NCBI GenBank assembly: GCA_946415375.1
Contig: CAMKSF010000004.1
Location: 33,697-97,696, forward strand
DNA length: 64,000 nucleotides
Source: an uncultured Clostridia bacterium
GTDB lineage: Bacteria > Bacillota > Clostridia > TANB77 > CAG-508
Direction: 5' to 3'
In this document: positions 46,760 through 56,686 of the stretch, in pieces
How the letters are laid out: every line of letters starts with the position of its first letter
Position numbering within the stretch: position 1 is the first letter of the stretch
Notes under the pieces: generated by a model
What the model was told of the DNA's origin: nothing
The model's database searches: none
The model's input: the letters and a program-made list of their open reading frames with translations, nothing else
Translations under genes and position numbers: made by a program

Positions 46760-48299
46760 TGGTTTATTAGAAAGTTCATATAATCCTGATGTATTATCAT
46801 GCCTTGCAAATCTTTCAAACGATGAAGTATTTACATCACCTGATATTGTAAATGAAATGCTTGATATGTTACCAAAAGAATTATTTAAGAATCCCGACAC
46901 AACTTTTTTAGAACCAGCATGTAAAACAGGAGTATTTTTAAGAGAAATTGCAAAAAGATTAATAGATGGATTAGAACCACAATTTCCAAATTTAAATGAT
47001 AGGTTAAATCACATTTTTAAGAAGCAGTTATATGGTATATCAGTTACTGAATTAACAAGTTTATTATCAAGGAGAAGTTTATATTGTTCGAAATGGCCTA
47101 ATGGAGAATACTCAATTATAAAATTTGATACTCCAGAAGGAAATATTAAATATAGAAGAATAGAACATACATGGAAAAATGGTAACTGTGTATATTGTGG
47201 AGCAAGTGAAAAAGAGTATAAGAGAGGATCAGACCTAGAAACTTATGCATATCAATTTATACATACTAATAAACCAGAGGAGATTTTTAATATGAAATTT
47301 GATGTTATTATAGGTAATCCACCTTATCAATTAAGTACAGGTGGAGGAGGAGAGCAAAGCAGACAAGCTAAGCCAATATATAATATTTTTATAGAACAAG
47401 CAATGAAAATGAAACCAAGATATTTATCAATGATAATTCCTTCAAGATGGTTTTCAGGAGGAATGGGGTTAGATTCATTTAGAGAAAAAATGTTAAATGA
47501 TAAGTCAATGAGATATTTAGTAGATTATCCTAATTCTTCTGAAGTATTTTATGGAGTTGATATTGCGGGTGGAATATGCTATTTTCTTTGGGATAGAGAC
47601 TATAATGGAGAATGTCAGGTATCTAATATAGAAGGAGGAAAAGAAACAAAGGATATTAGACCATTAAATGAATTTCCGACTTTTGTAAGATATAGTAGAG
47701 CTATTCCGATTATTCGAAAAGTCCTAAAACAAGAAAATGGAAAAAAATTATCCGAGACTATATATCCACAAGGGCTATTTGGATTAAAAACAAATTATGA
47801 ACCAAAAGAAAAAGGTATTCCATGTTGGTTTATACAAAAAATAGGAAGAAAATTTGCGAATAAAGATGACGTAATTGATACTTATAATATACTAAATAAG
47901 TGGAAATTTTTAATACCTAAATCACCTATAGCAGGACAAACTGATTTTACAAAGCCTGTAGGATTTTACTATGATGGCAATACAAGAGTAGCTAAACCAG
48001 GTGAATGTTGCACACAATCTTGGATTGTGGCAGGAGCATTTGATACTGAAGAAGAAGTATTAAATTTTAAATCATATTTATTTACCAAAACTGTTAGATT
48101 TTTACTATTACAACAGGTTGTTTCTCAAGATGTGTCTAGAAATAAATTTTGCTTTGTGCCTGCATTAGAAAAATATGACAAAAGATATACTGATGAAATA
48201 TTAAGAAAAAAATGGGATATTACTGAAGAAGAATGGAACTATATAGATTCGAGAATACATAATTATGGAGATAATAGGGGGGATTATGATGAACAATGA
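46752..48299 (+). CDS. Eco57I-type N6-adenine DNA methyltransferase
   Basis: NDEVFTSPDIVNEMLDML, FLEPACKTGVFLREI, IIGNPPYQL, and RWFSGGMG. Overlaps the previous gene by 8 nt. Confidence 0.8.
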   Translation: MSNGLLESSYNPDVLSCLANLSNDEVFTSPDIVNEMLDMLPKELFKNPDTTFLEPACKTGVFLREIAKRLIDGLEPQFPNLNDRLNHIFKKQLYGISVTELTSLLSRRSLYCSKWPNGEYSIIKFDTPEGNIKYRRIEHTWKNGNCVYCGASEKEYKRGSDLETYAYQFIHTNKPEEIFNMKFDVIIGNPPYQLSTGGGGEQSRQAKPIYNIFIEQAMKMKPRYLSMIIPSRWFSGGMGLDSFREKMLNDKSMRYLVDYPNSSEVFYGVDIAGGICYFLWDRDYNGECQVSNIEGGKETKDIRPLNEFPTFVRYSRAIPIIRKVLKQENGKKLSETIYPQGLFGLKTNYEPKEKGIPCWFIQKIGRKFANKDDVIDTYNILNKWKFLIPKSPIAGQTDFTKPVGFYYDGNTRVAKPGECCTQSWIVAGAFDTEEEVLNFKSYLFTKTVRFLLLQQVVSQDVSRNKFCFVPALEKYDKRYTDEILRKKWDITEEEWNYIDSRIHNYGDNRGDYDEQ

Positions 48300-51174
48300 T
48301 TTTTTTCCTCAAAGACCTCAAATAACTCCAACAATTTATGTATATGAATTGCTAGGAGTAAAAACACATGAGGGATATGTAAAAGTTGGTTATACTGAAA
48401 GAAACGTTACTGAAAGAATTCAAGAACAATTACATACAAGTGCTGTTACATTTAAAATTCTTTATCAAGAATCTTCTATATGTTCAGATGGAACAGTTTT
48501 TACAGATAAAGACGTGCATAAAATACTAAAAAGAAATGGTTTTTTACAATTAAATGAAGGCGATGATAAAAATGAATGGTTTAACTGTAGTGTTGATGAT
48601 GTTAAATCAGCAATAACCGAATTAAAGACAGGAATTAGACATTCAAGAGATAGAATATATAGTTTTGGTATGAGACCAGAGCAGGAAAGAGCTGTACAGA
48701 GAACAATTGACTATTATAATGAACAAAAAGAATATGATAATAAAAGTATACCTAAGTTTTTATGGAATGCTAAAATGCGTTTTGGTAAAACATTTGCATC
48801 TTATCAATTAGCTAAAAGAATGAATTTAAAGAAAATTTTGATAATGACATTTAAACCAGCTGTTGAATCATCTTGGCAAGAAGATTTAGCTACTCATGTT
48901 GATTTTGAAGGGTGGCAATTTATTTCAAATAAAGAAGCTGAATTTGACAATAAAAAATTAGATGATTTATATAATAAAGCAGATAAAGATAAACCAATTG
49001 TTGTATTTGGTTCATTTCAAGATTTATTAGGAACTAATGAAAATGGCGGTATAAAAACGAAAAATGAATTTATACATACAACCTCATGGGACTTAGTTAT
49101 TTTTGATGAATATCATTATGGTGCATGGAGAGAAAAAGCTACTAATTTATTTGAAAAACCAGATGAAGAAAAAGAATCTGATTTTGATTATGAAAAATAT
49201 AAACAGGAAGAAGCTGATAACGCATATAATGAATCTTTTTTACCTATATCTACTAGTTATTATTTGTTTTTATCAGGAACTCCATTTAGAGCGTTAAACT
49301 CAGGAGAATTTATTGAAGAACAAATATTTAGCTGGACATATGGTGATGAACAAAAAGCTAAGGCTGAATGGAAAGGTTCAAATAATCCTTATGAAGCTTT
49401 ACCTAGAATGGTTATGATGACTTATAAAATACCAGATAGTATAAGTCAAATTGCTATGCAAGGAGAGTTTAATGAGTTTGATTTAAATGTTTTCTTCCAA
49501 GCTGAAGGAAAAGGAGAAGAAGCAAAATTTATATATAAAAATGAGGTTCAAAAATGGCTTGATTTAATTAGAGGATCTTTTTTACCTTCCAATATTGATG
49601 ACTTAAAATTAGGACAAGATAAAAGACCACCAATGCCTTATTCTGATGCAAGACTATTAAATATTTTAACTCATACATTATGGTATTTGCCTAATGTTGC
49701 ATCATGCGATGCTATGGAAAACTTATTAAAAGAAAGACAAAATATATTTTACAGTGATTATAAAATCATAAATTGTAGTGGAACAAAAGCAGGAATTGGA
49801 TTAGAAGCATTAACTCCAGTTAGAGTAGCAATGGATGATCCATTAAAGACAAAGACTATTACCTTATCATGTGGTAAATTAACAACAGGAATAACTGTTA
49901 AACCATGGACAGGGGTATTTATGCTTAGAAATCTTAAAAGTCCTGAATCATATTTTCAAACAGCATTTAGGGGACAATCACCATGGGAAATCACTAATGA
50001 TGAAGGTAAAAAAGAAATAATAAAAAAAGAATGCTATATTTTTGATTTTGCATTAGATAGAGCATTAAGAGAAATATCAGATTATAGTTGTCAATTAGAT
50101 ATTAAAGAAAACAATCCTGAAAAATGTGTTGCAAACTTTATAAATTTCTTGCCTGTACTTGCTTATGATGGTTCGTCAATGAAGCAAATTGATGCTCAAG
50201 ATGTATTAGATATTGCAATGGCAGGAACATCAGCAACATTATTAGCTAGAAGATGGGAATCAGCATTATTAGTAAATGTTGATAATGATACATTAAAGAG
50301 ACTAATGGATAATCCTGAAGCTATGAGTGCATTAATGAGAATAGAAGGCTTTAGATCGCTTAATGCTAATACAATAGAAACAATTATTAATCGCTCTGAA
50401 AATGTAAAGAAAGCAAAAGCAGAGGGAGAAGAAAAGACAAAGAAAGAAAAAGAAGAATTATCAGAAGAGGAAAAAGAAGTAAAATCATTAAGAAAACAAG
50501 TTCAAGAAAAACTGATTAAATTTGCAACAAGAATACCAGTATTTATGTATTTAACAGATTATAGAGAAAGATCATTACAAGATGTAATTACTCAATTAGA
50601 ACCAGAGCTATTTAAAAAAGTAACAGGATTAGACACAAAAGATTTTGAACTTTTGTGTAGTATTGGGGTATTTAATTCTAGTCTAATGAATGAAGCAATA
50701 TTTAAGTTCAAGAGATATGAAGATTCAAGTTTATCTTATACAGGTATAGATAAACATGCAAATGATGAAACAATAGGTGGATGGGATACGGAAATTAAAA
50801 AACAAGAATATGAAATAATGTTTTATAACCAACAAGAATCTATGAAAGCCATCGATAATCCTTTTGAAGAAGCACTAAAAGAAGCAATTATAGAAGAAAA
50901 AGAAATTGAAAGCTATGGAGATAAAATTGCTGAAAGTCAACAAGAATATATCAAAAATGATGAAAAAAACATATATGCAACTCCGATTGATGAACAAATT
51001 AAAATGTTAAATAACATTAAAGAAGGATTAATAGTAAGTCATAAAAAATTTGGTATTGGAAAGATTACATGGGTGTCTAAGGATAAAACCCATATTAAAG
51101 TGGAATTTAAAGAAGGAGAAAAGAAATTTATATCACCAGATGCGTTTTTACAGGGACATTTAAATATTATATAG
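48286..51174 (+). CDS. GIY-YIG-like (T5orf172-type) N-domain, SF2 (DExH) helicase, and a PcrA/UvrD-type Tudor-like C-terminal tail
   Basis: YVYELLG..VKVGYTERNV..NEWF. Helicase motifs AKMRFGKT, IFDEYHYG, LSGTPF and QTAFRGQ. C-terminal VSHKKFGIGKITWV..IKVEFKEGEKKFI. ATG 48286 follows AGGGGGG and overlaps the methylase stop. Confidence 0.8.
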   Translation: MMNNDFFPQRPQITPTIYVYELLGVKTHEGYVKVGYTERNVTERIQEQLHTSAVTFKILYQESSICSDGTVFTDKDVHKILKRNGFLQLNEGDDKNEWFNCSVDDVKSAITELKTGIRHSRDRIYSFGMRPEQERAVQRTIDYYNEQKEYDNKSIPKFLWNAKMRFGKTFASYQLAKRMNLKKILIMTFKPAVESSWQEDLATHVDFEGWQFISNKEAEFDNKKLDDLYNKADKDKPIVVFGSFQDLLGTNENGGIKTKNEFIHTTSWDLVIFDEYHYGAWREKATNLFEKPDEEKESDFDYEKYKQEEADNAYNESFLPISTSYYLFLSGTPFRALNSGEFIEEQIFSWTYGDEQKAKAEWKGSNNPYEALPRMVMMTYKIPDSISQIAMQGEFNEFDLNVFFQAEGKGEEAKFIYKNEVQKWLDLIRGSFLPSNIDDLKLGQDKRPPMPYSDARLLNILTHTLWYLPNVASCDAMENLLKERQNIFYSDYKIINCSGTKAGIGLEALTPVRVAMDDPLKTKTITLSCGKLTTGITVKPWTGVFMLRNLKSPESYFQTAFRGQSPWEITNDEGKKEIIKKECYIFDFALDRALREISDYSCQLDIKENNPEKCVANFINFLPVLAYDGSSMKQIDAQDVLDIAMAGTSATLLARRWESALLVNVDNDTLKRLMDNPEAMSALMRIEGFRSLNANTIETIINRSENVKKAKAEGEEKTKKEKEELSEEEKEVKSLRKQVQEKLIKFATRIPVFMYLTDYRERSLQDVITQLEPELFKKVTGLDTKDFELLCSIGVFNSSLMNEAIFKFKRYEDSSLSYTGIDKHANDETIGGWDTEIKKQEYEIMFYNQQESMKAIDNPFEEALKEAIIEEKEIESYGDKIAESQQEYIKNDEKNIYATPIDEQIKMLNNIKEGLIVSHKKFGIGKITWVSKDKTHIKVEFKEGEKKFISPDAFLQGHLNII

Positions 51175-51191
51175 AAAAGGAAGTGATAATA

Positions 51192-52115
51192 ATGTCAATA
51201 GGAAAATTAAAAGAAGTTGATATAAGAGAACTATGGAAACATGAGCAATATGATTTTTCAGAATGGCTTTCTAAAAAAGATAATATAGAAAACTTAAATG
51301 AAATTCTAGGATTAACATTAGTTGATATTAGTAAAGAAACATATGTGGGTGCATATAGATGTGATTTGTTTGCTAAAGATGAAACAACTGGTATTAAAGT
51401 AATTATAGAAAATCAATTAGAAGTATCTAATCATGATCATTTAGGAAAAATAATTACGTATGCTTCAGGATTAGATGCCAAAGTTGTGGTATGGATTGTA
51501 AAAGAAGCTAGAGAAGAACATAGAAGTGCTATTGAATGGTTAAACAACAATACTAATAGTAATGTTAATTTCTTTTTAATTGAAATCCATGCATACAAAA
51601 TAGGAGAATCGGATCCAGCTCCTATGTTTCAAGTTGTAGAACAACCTAATGATTTTATAAAAAACAATAAATCTACAAACAAGGATGAAAGTATGAACAA
51701 ATCTCAATCTCAAAGGATTGAGTTCTGGAATCAGTTTAACAAGGTTGTTATAGAAAGAGGAAAACCTTTTAACATAAGAAAAGCAACTACAGATCATTGG
51801 TATAATGTTGCAATAGGAACAAGCGAGGCTCATATTGATATAACTTTAGTTAATAAAGATTCTTTGATAGGTGTAGAATTATATATAACTGATAATAAAG
51901 AATTATTTGATAAATTGCTTGAAAAGAAGGATGATATTGAGAGAGACCTAGGATTTAAACTAGATTGGAGAAGATTAGATAATAGTAAAGCATCAAGAAT
52001 TTTTTATAGTATAAAAGGTTTAAATTTTGATGATCATAGTAATTATAATGAGTTAATGAATAAGACAATAGATTTAGCTGTTTTAATGAGAGATACTTTT
52101 AAAAAGTATATATAA
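51192..52115 (+). CDS. DUF4268-family protein with a NucS-like PD-(D/E)xK N-domain
   Basis: RELWKHEQYDFSEWL, RCDLFAKDE..VIIENQLEVSNHDHLGKIITYASGL, and IEWLNN..NFFLIEI. Confidence 0.7.
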   Translation: MSIGKLKEVDIRELWKHEQYDFSEWLSKKDNIENLNEILGLTLVDISKETYVGAYRCDLFAKDETTGIKVIIENQLEVSNHDHLGKIITYASGLDAKVVVWIVKEAREEHRSAIEWLNNNTNSNVNFFLIEIHAYKIGESDPAPMFQVVEQPNDFIKNNKSTNKDESMNKSQSQRIEFWNQFNKVVIERGKPFNIRKATTDHWYNVAIGTSEAHIDITLVNKDSLIGVELYITDNKELFDKLLEKKDDIERDLGFKLDWRRLDNSKASRIFYSIKGLNFDDHSNYNELMNKTIDLAVLMRDTFKKYI

Positions 52116-52121
52116 GTTATA

Positions 52122-52166
52122 AAGCAAATATAAATGGAAATAATACATTTATGTTTGCTTTTTTTA
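52122..52166 (+). terminator. Intrinsic terminator
   Basis: AAGCAAATATAAATG / CATTTATGTTTGCTT (one mismatch), followed by a T-run. Confidence 0.55.
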
Positions 52167-52191
52167 TATGATAAATATTTTTTTTTAATGC

Positions 52192-52244
52192 TTGACTCTT
52201 AAAAGAAAATATGCTACAATAAAAGTGCCATCAAAAAGTGGCAC
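52192..52244 (+). promoter_or_regulatory. Promoter plus an inverted-repeat operator of the toxin-antitoxin pair
   Basis: TTGACT (52192-52197), 17-nt spacer, TACAAT (52215-52220), then GTGCCA (52225-52230) N8 TGGCAC (52239-52244). Confidence 0.55.
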
Positions 52245-52267
52245 ACCGATAAAGGAGATGGCATATA

Positions 52268-52624
52268 ATGAACACTATAGGAGGTCAAATACAAAGTCAA
52301 AATTTACTGAAAATTAAAAGAATTGTAGACAAAGACAATGATGGAGATAAATTTATTATTGTCAGGACTGAAAAAAATAAAAAGTTTATGCGAGAGTACA
52401 ACTTAAATCGAGAAGATATTAAGGATATTATAAGAAGACTCTCAGTAGACGACTGCTTTGCAGGTCCAGAAGAAGACAGAGATCCAAAGTACGAAGGCTG
52501 GATATTTAAGTTTAATCCAATGTTTGAAGATACGCAGTTATATATTAAAATACGAATAGAAAATATTGAAAAGTCAGTTTGTTTATCAGTGCATGAATTT
52601 GGTAAATATGATGAGGTGAATTAA
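52268..52624 (+). CDS. MqsR-like toxin (putative)
   Basis: 118 aa. IKDIIRRLSVDDCFAGP...LYIKIRIEN..VCLSVHEF follows my recollection of the MqsR pattern (L..dF...lYiK...vSFh). The toxin-first gene order matches mqsRA. Confidence 0.5.
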   Translation: MNTIGGQIQSQNLLKIKRIVDKDNDGDKFIIVRTEKNKKFMREYNLNREDIKDIIRRLSVDDCFAGPEEDRDPKYEGWIFKFNPMFEDTQLYIKIRIENIEKSVCLSVHEFGKYDEVN

Positions 52625-52625
52625 A

Positions 52626-53642
52626 ATGAAAGTATATTGTCCATATTGTAAAAAAGAAGTAGATTATAAAATAGAAAAAAGAGAAGTAAAAGAATTTAGA
52701 GGAATAGAAATAAATACCTATGAAAATGTAGCTGTATGTAAAGAATGCCATCAAGACTTATATGTAAATGAAATCGAAGAAAAAAACAATGAAAGAATAT
52801 TTGAACTATATAGAGTAAAAGCAAATATTATAAAACCACAAGATATTGTTGATTTAAGAAAAAAATATGATATATCACAAAGAGAATTAACTGCTATTCT
52901 TGGATTTGGAAAGATGACTATTAATAGATACGAAAGAGGTGGGGTTCCAACAAAATCGCAAAGTGACTATATAAGATTATTGATTGATAATGATAATAAG
53001 TTTATAGAAAAAGTCAAAGAAGCATATAAAAATGGTAGTATTAATGATAAAACATATGAAAAAATAGTTTCTGAAGAGCTATACACTAGCATTGATAAAG
53101 AACAAATTCAAGATAATATAAGAAGATATTTAAGATATGCATTAAATAGAAAGCCTGATATATATAATGGATATAAATCATTAGATATAGAGAAAGTTGA
53201 AAATATTATTTCATATATTGCTAGTAAAGTAAAAAATTTAACTATTACAAGCTTAAATAAATATTTATGGTTTATAGATATATTATCTTTTAATCAAAGA
53301 AGTGTATCTATTACTGGTTTAACATATCAAAATCAAAAATTTGGACCTACTATTATTGATAAGAAATATGATGAAATATCATTATTAGATGATAAATATT
53401 TTAGAGAAGATATTGAAACTGAAAATGGTAATACAACTAAAATAATAAGTAATGGGAATTATAATTTAGACAAAATAAGCGATACCGAAAAAGAAATAAT
53501 TGATAAAATAATAAAAATACTAAAGAATAAAACTGTGACAGATATATCTGAATTGTCACATAGAGAGGAAGGATGGAAAAAAACTAAAAGACTTGAAACA
53601 ATATCTTTTGAATATGCTATGAATTTAAATATAATTAAATAA
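52626..53642 (+). CDS. MqsA-type Zn-ribbon/XRE-HTH antitoxin fused to a Panacea (DUF4065/SocA-like) domain
   Basis: YCPYCKKE...CKECH Zn ribbon, LRKKYDISQRELTAILGFGKMTINRYERG HTH, and a C-terminal LNKYLWFIDILSFNQRSVSITGLTYQNQKFGP that is DUF4065-like. Starts 1 nt after the toxin stop. Confidence 0.65.
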   Translation: MKVYCPYCKKEVDYKIEKREVKEFRGIEINTYENVAVCKECHQDLYVNEIEEKNNERIFELYRVKANIIKPQDIVDLRKKYDISQRELTAILGFGKMTINRYERGGVPTKSQSDYIRLLIDNDNKFIEKVKEAYKNGSINDKTYEKIVSEELYTSIDKEQIQDNIRRYLRYALNRKPDIYNGYKSLDIEKVENIISYIASKVKNLTITSLNKYLWFIDILSFNQRSVSITGLTYQNQKFGPTIIDKKYDEISLLDDKYFREDIETENGNTTKIISNGNYNLDKISDTEKEIIDKIIKILKNKTVTDISELSHREEGWKKTKRLETISFEYAMNLNIIK

Positions 53643-53711
53643 ATAAGCAAAAGCAAAGTATTTTAGTTTTTTACTAGATATTTTGCTTTTTTGTTTAGAA
53701 AGGAGAAATAT

Positions 53712-54071
53712 ATGTATGAAATTGTGAAAATAATTAATAGTACTTTAAGGGATCAAGCTTTTTCAAATCCATTTGAATACATAATGGACAATCAACTAGC
53801 CGCAATCTTTATTTTTTCATTATTTGGAAGTGCTGTTTTAAATAAAATTGCTTATACAATGTGCGGAGTTTTTTACAAAAGTAGAAGTAATGAAACTTTA
53901 GGTAGTTTAGGTTATATGTTTTTTTATTGTATAAATGTACAAGTACTAATAAAACTATGCCAATGGTTTCAAGATATAAACTTAGTAATATCATTATATA
54001 TGTTATTTGTAATAACACTATTTATTGTACTATATAAAGTAAAAAATGGAATAAGACAAAATATAGTATAA
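53712..54071 (+). CDS. Small 3-TM membrane protein
   Basis: ATG 53712 lies 6 nt after AAGGAG. Three hydrophobic helices. No family recognised. Confidence 0.45.
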   Translation: MYEIVKIINSTLRDQAFSNPFEYIMDNQLAAIFIFSLFGSAVLNKIAYTMCGVFYKSRSNETLGSLGYMFFYCINVQVLIKLCQWFQDINLVISLYMLFVITLFIVLYKVKNGIRQNIV

Positions 54072-54154
54072 AATATAATAATATTACAAGATTCGACAAA
54101 TTATGCACAAGTAATGCTATATAATTAATTGCTAATATGAGAAAGGAGAAAAAA

Positions 54155-55111
54155 ATGAAACTAACAGAAATTTTAGATGAAATAAGTACAGGATATCATC
54201 AAGAAAATCCTAGTAGTAAAAAGCTAAAAAAATATGTGGAAGATGTAATTGGTGTTTTGTCAGCGGAAGGAGCAATTTATGAAAATAGAAAGTTGGAAAT
54301 AAGTAGTCTAAAGGATAATTGGGACACAAACTTAGATGGAGATACTTTCCTACAGGGAAGTTATGGTACAAATACTGCAATTAAACATAAATTATATGAA
54401 GTTGATGCAGATATAGCGTTTATAATTGAAAATGATAAAATTGATTTAAATATAAGAGATCTAATCTATAATAAATTAAATGAAGCTTTTGGAAAAAAAT
54501 ATTCTGTTGAAAAGAGAAAACCATGTATTACTATAGATTTTTTAGATAAATATAAAATTGATGTTGCAATTTATACTAAAGTTAATAATGTTATATATTT
54601 TCATAATTGTATAGGTGGATATGAAAAAACAGATATAGCAAAACCAAAGGAATTAGTAAGATATTTTAATTCATGCTATTCAGATAATGGAACACGTAGA
54701 AAAGTTATTAGATTAATAAAACACTTTATAAAAACAACTAATATTTTATTAAATATACAAGAAGATAATAAAATACCAAGTATTTCAATAAACTTATTAT
54801 TATGTGAAAGAAATATGATAGAAAATGCAAATGAAAATGAATTATACCAAGATATTTTAGAAAGTATAAAACATATTAAGGCATTTATTATTGACAATGG
54901 GGATAATGGACCTGAAAAAAAAGAACTTTGTGTGGGCAACACGTTTTATAAGGTAAAAGATATATCAGAAGTATTAAAAGTTATGGATAGAATAATTTTA
55001 CTATTTGAAAGAAAACAATACGATCAATTAGTTGAGAGTGATATTTATAAAATAATAAATGAGAGGAATTCTTATAAAATAGATGGAAGTTTTAATGGCA
55101 CTATGGGGTGA
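54155..55111 (+). CDS. CD-NTase (cGAS/DncV-like nucleotidyltransferase, SMODS) of a CBASS operon
   Basis: Pol-beta NTase signature LQGSYGTNTAIKHKLYEVDADIAF (GS..DxD) and a third Asp in YKIDVAIY. The context is Cap2/Cap3/SAVED. Confidence 0.75.
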   Translation: MKLTEILDEISTGYHQENPSSKKLKKYVEDVIGVLSAEGAIYENRKLEISSLKDNWDTNLDGDTFLQGSYGTNTAIKHKLYEVDADIAFIIENDKIDLNIRDLIYNKLNEAFGKKYSVEKRKPCITIDFLDKYKIDVAIYTKVNNVIYFHNCIGGYEKTDIAKPKELVRYFNSCYSDNGTRRKVIRLIKHFIKTTNILLNIQEDNKIPSISINLLLCERNMIENANENELYQDILESIKHIKAFIIDNGDNGPEKKELCVGNTFYKVKDISEVLKVMDRIILLFERKQYDQLVESDIYKIINERNSYKIDGSFNGTMG

Positions 55112-56313
55112 AAGAATTGGATAATAATAAAAGAGCAAATATAATAAAGAAAGTATATCCAGATACACTCTTAAAAGAAGACAAAATAGTATTTTGGATT
55201 AATGGTATTGAAATACAATATAGAATAAATGAAAAATCTTTTTTCACAAATAGAATGTTATTTGGAAAAATTCCACATATTATGCCAGATGGTAAAATAT
55301 GCTTATACGGAAATATGGATGTTCGTTTAAATGAAGCAAATGAAGAACTTTCATTGTATAATATAATTTCCAAATATATACCATGGCTAATTTTATTGCC
55401 ATTGGATTTAAAATTATTAGAATTTATATTTGAAATAGAATTCTATATAAGGGAGTATTTAGGGAAAAAATATGAATATACTTGCTTAAAAAAAGAAAGA
55501 ATATTCAAGAAAATTAAAATTAGTTCCGTAGATCAATTGTGGGAAAGCATCGAAGAAATGGAAAAGTACCTAAAATATGAAATATATGTTGAAGGATATG
55601 AGGATTATTCCATATATCTCGAAAAGAAAGATGATAAAATTTTAATTGAACGAGATGCATATAAAAAAGCAAGACAAAGAATTACAGGGAAAAAATGTAA
55701 TAATCTTTCTAAAAAAACTGCATTTATTGGTGTCGGTTCTGTAAATTCATATGTGATAAAATATTGCTTAGCAAACGGGATTGATGATATTGTTTTAATA
55801 GATCATGATAAATTTACAATAGATAATGCATTTAGATTTGCATTTCCATACAAAGGAAAAAAGAAAACTTATGCTGTAAAAGAATTCTGTAGAAATTTAG
55901 ATAGTATTAAAATAAAAACTTATAATTTAAATATAAAATCAGAAAGTGATGCAAGCATTATAGCCGAGTGCGAAAGAATTATTGTCTCTGTGGATAATTT
56001 TATGTCGTGGTTAGACATTGCATGCTTTTTAGAAAGTAATTGTGCAGATAATGTTGAAATTATATTGGCTGCAATCAATAATTTTGGAGAAAATGCAAAA
56101 TATGTAAAAACAACACCTAAAACTATTAATGAAACAATGTCAAAATTTTTATTCAATTCTAAAGTAAATGAAAGAAAAGAATTAATTGGTAATGGCTGTG
56201 GAAAATCAATTGCAGTATATGATGAGGAAATATTAGTAAAGTTGGCGAAAGGAATAGTAAATAATATTGATAATTTTGAAATAAAGGATGAAATTATATA
56301 TGTTGAGAAGTAA
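55108..56313 (+). CDS. cap2: Cap2-like E2-E1 fusion (ubiquitin-conjugation-like / ThiF-like)
   Basis: E2-type PHIMPDGKICLYG. E1/ThiF Rossmann FIGVGSVNSYVIKYCLANGIDDIVLIDHDKFTIDNAFR. GTG start overlaps the CD-NTase stop (ATGGGGTGA). Confidence 0.7.
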   Translation: MKELDNNKRANIIKKVYPDTLLKEDKIVFWINGIEIQYRINEKSFFTNRMLFGKIPHIMPDGKICLYGNMDVRLNEANEELSLYNIISKYIPWLILLPLDLKLLEFIFEIEFYIREYLGKKYEYTCLKKERIFKKIKISSVDQLWESIEEMEKYLKYEIYVEGYEDYSIYLEKKDDKILIERDAYKKARQRITGKKCNNLSKKTAFIGVGSVNSYVIKYCLANGIDDIVLIDHDKFTIDNAFRFAFPYKGKKKTYAVKEFCRNLDSIKIKTYNLNIKSESDASIIAECERIIVSVDNFMSWLDIACFLESNCADNVEIILAAINNFGENAKYVKTTPKTINETMSKFLFNSKVNERKELIGNGCGKSIAVYDEEILVKLAKGIVNNIDNFEIKDEIIYVEK

Positions 56314-56686
56314 AAAAATAAATATAAGTCAAGATTTTATTAATTTATTAAAAATACATTTTAATAATGACTATGAGGTTGGTGGAGTTATATTTGCATA
56401 CCGAAGAGGATTTAAAAATGTTTTAGATACATTATCATTTAAAAAAGGAGAAAAAATGCATATAGACTTTACTGATGATGATTTAGCTTTATTTGAAATA
56501 CCATCAAAACATTTTATAGTTGGCACTTGGCATACTCACCCTTTTCAAAATAAAATTACAGCATCCAATATTGATTTATTACAATGGAAAAAGTGGAATA
56601 AAAAATATTTACATTTAATATTTAATGGAAATGAAATAAAAATTTATACTGCAAAAGGAGAAATAATTTATGATAGACAAATTTAA
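56288..56686 (+). CDS. cap3: Cap3-like JAB/JAMM isopeptidase
   Basis: YEVGGVIF and GTWHTHPFQNKITASNIDL (E...HxH...S..D). An alternative start is ATG 56300. Confidence 0.7.
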   Translation: MKLYMLRSKKINISQDFINLLKIHFNNDYEVGGVIFAYRRGFKNVLDTLSFKKGEKMHIDFTDDDLALFEIPSKHFIVGTWHTHPFQNKITASNIDLLQWKKWNKKYLHLIFNGNEIKIYTAKGEIIYDRQI

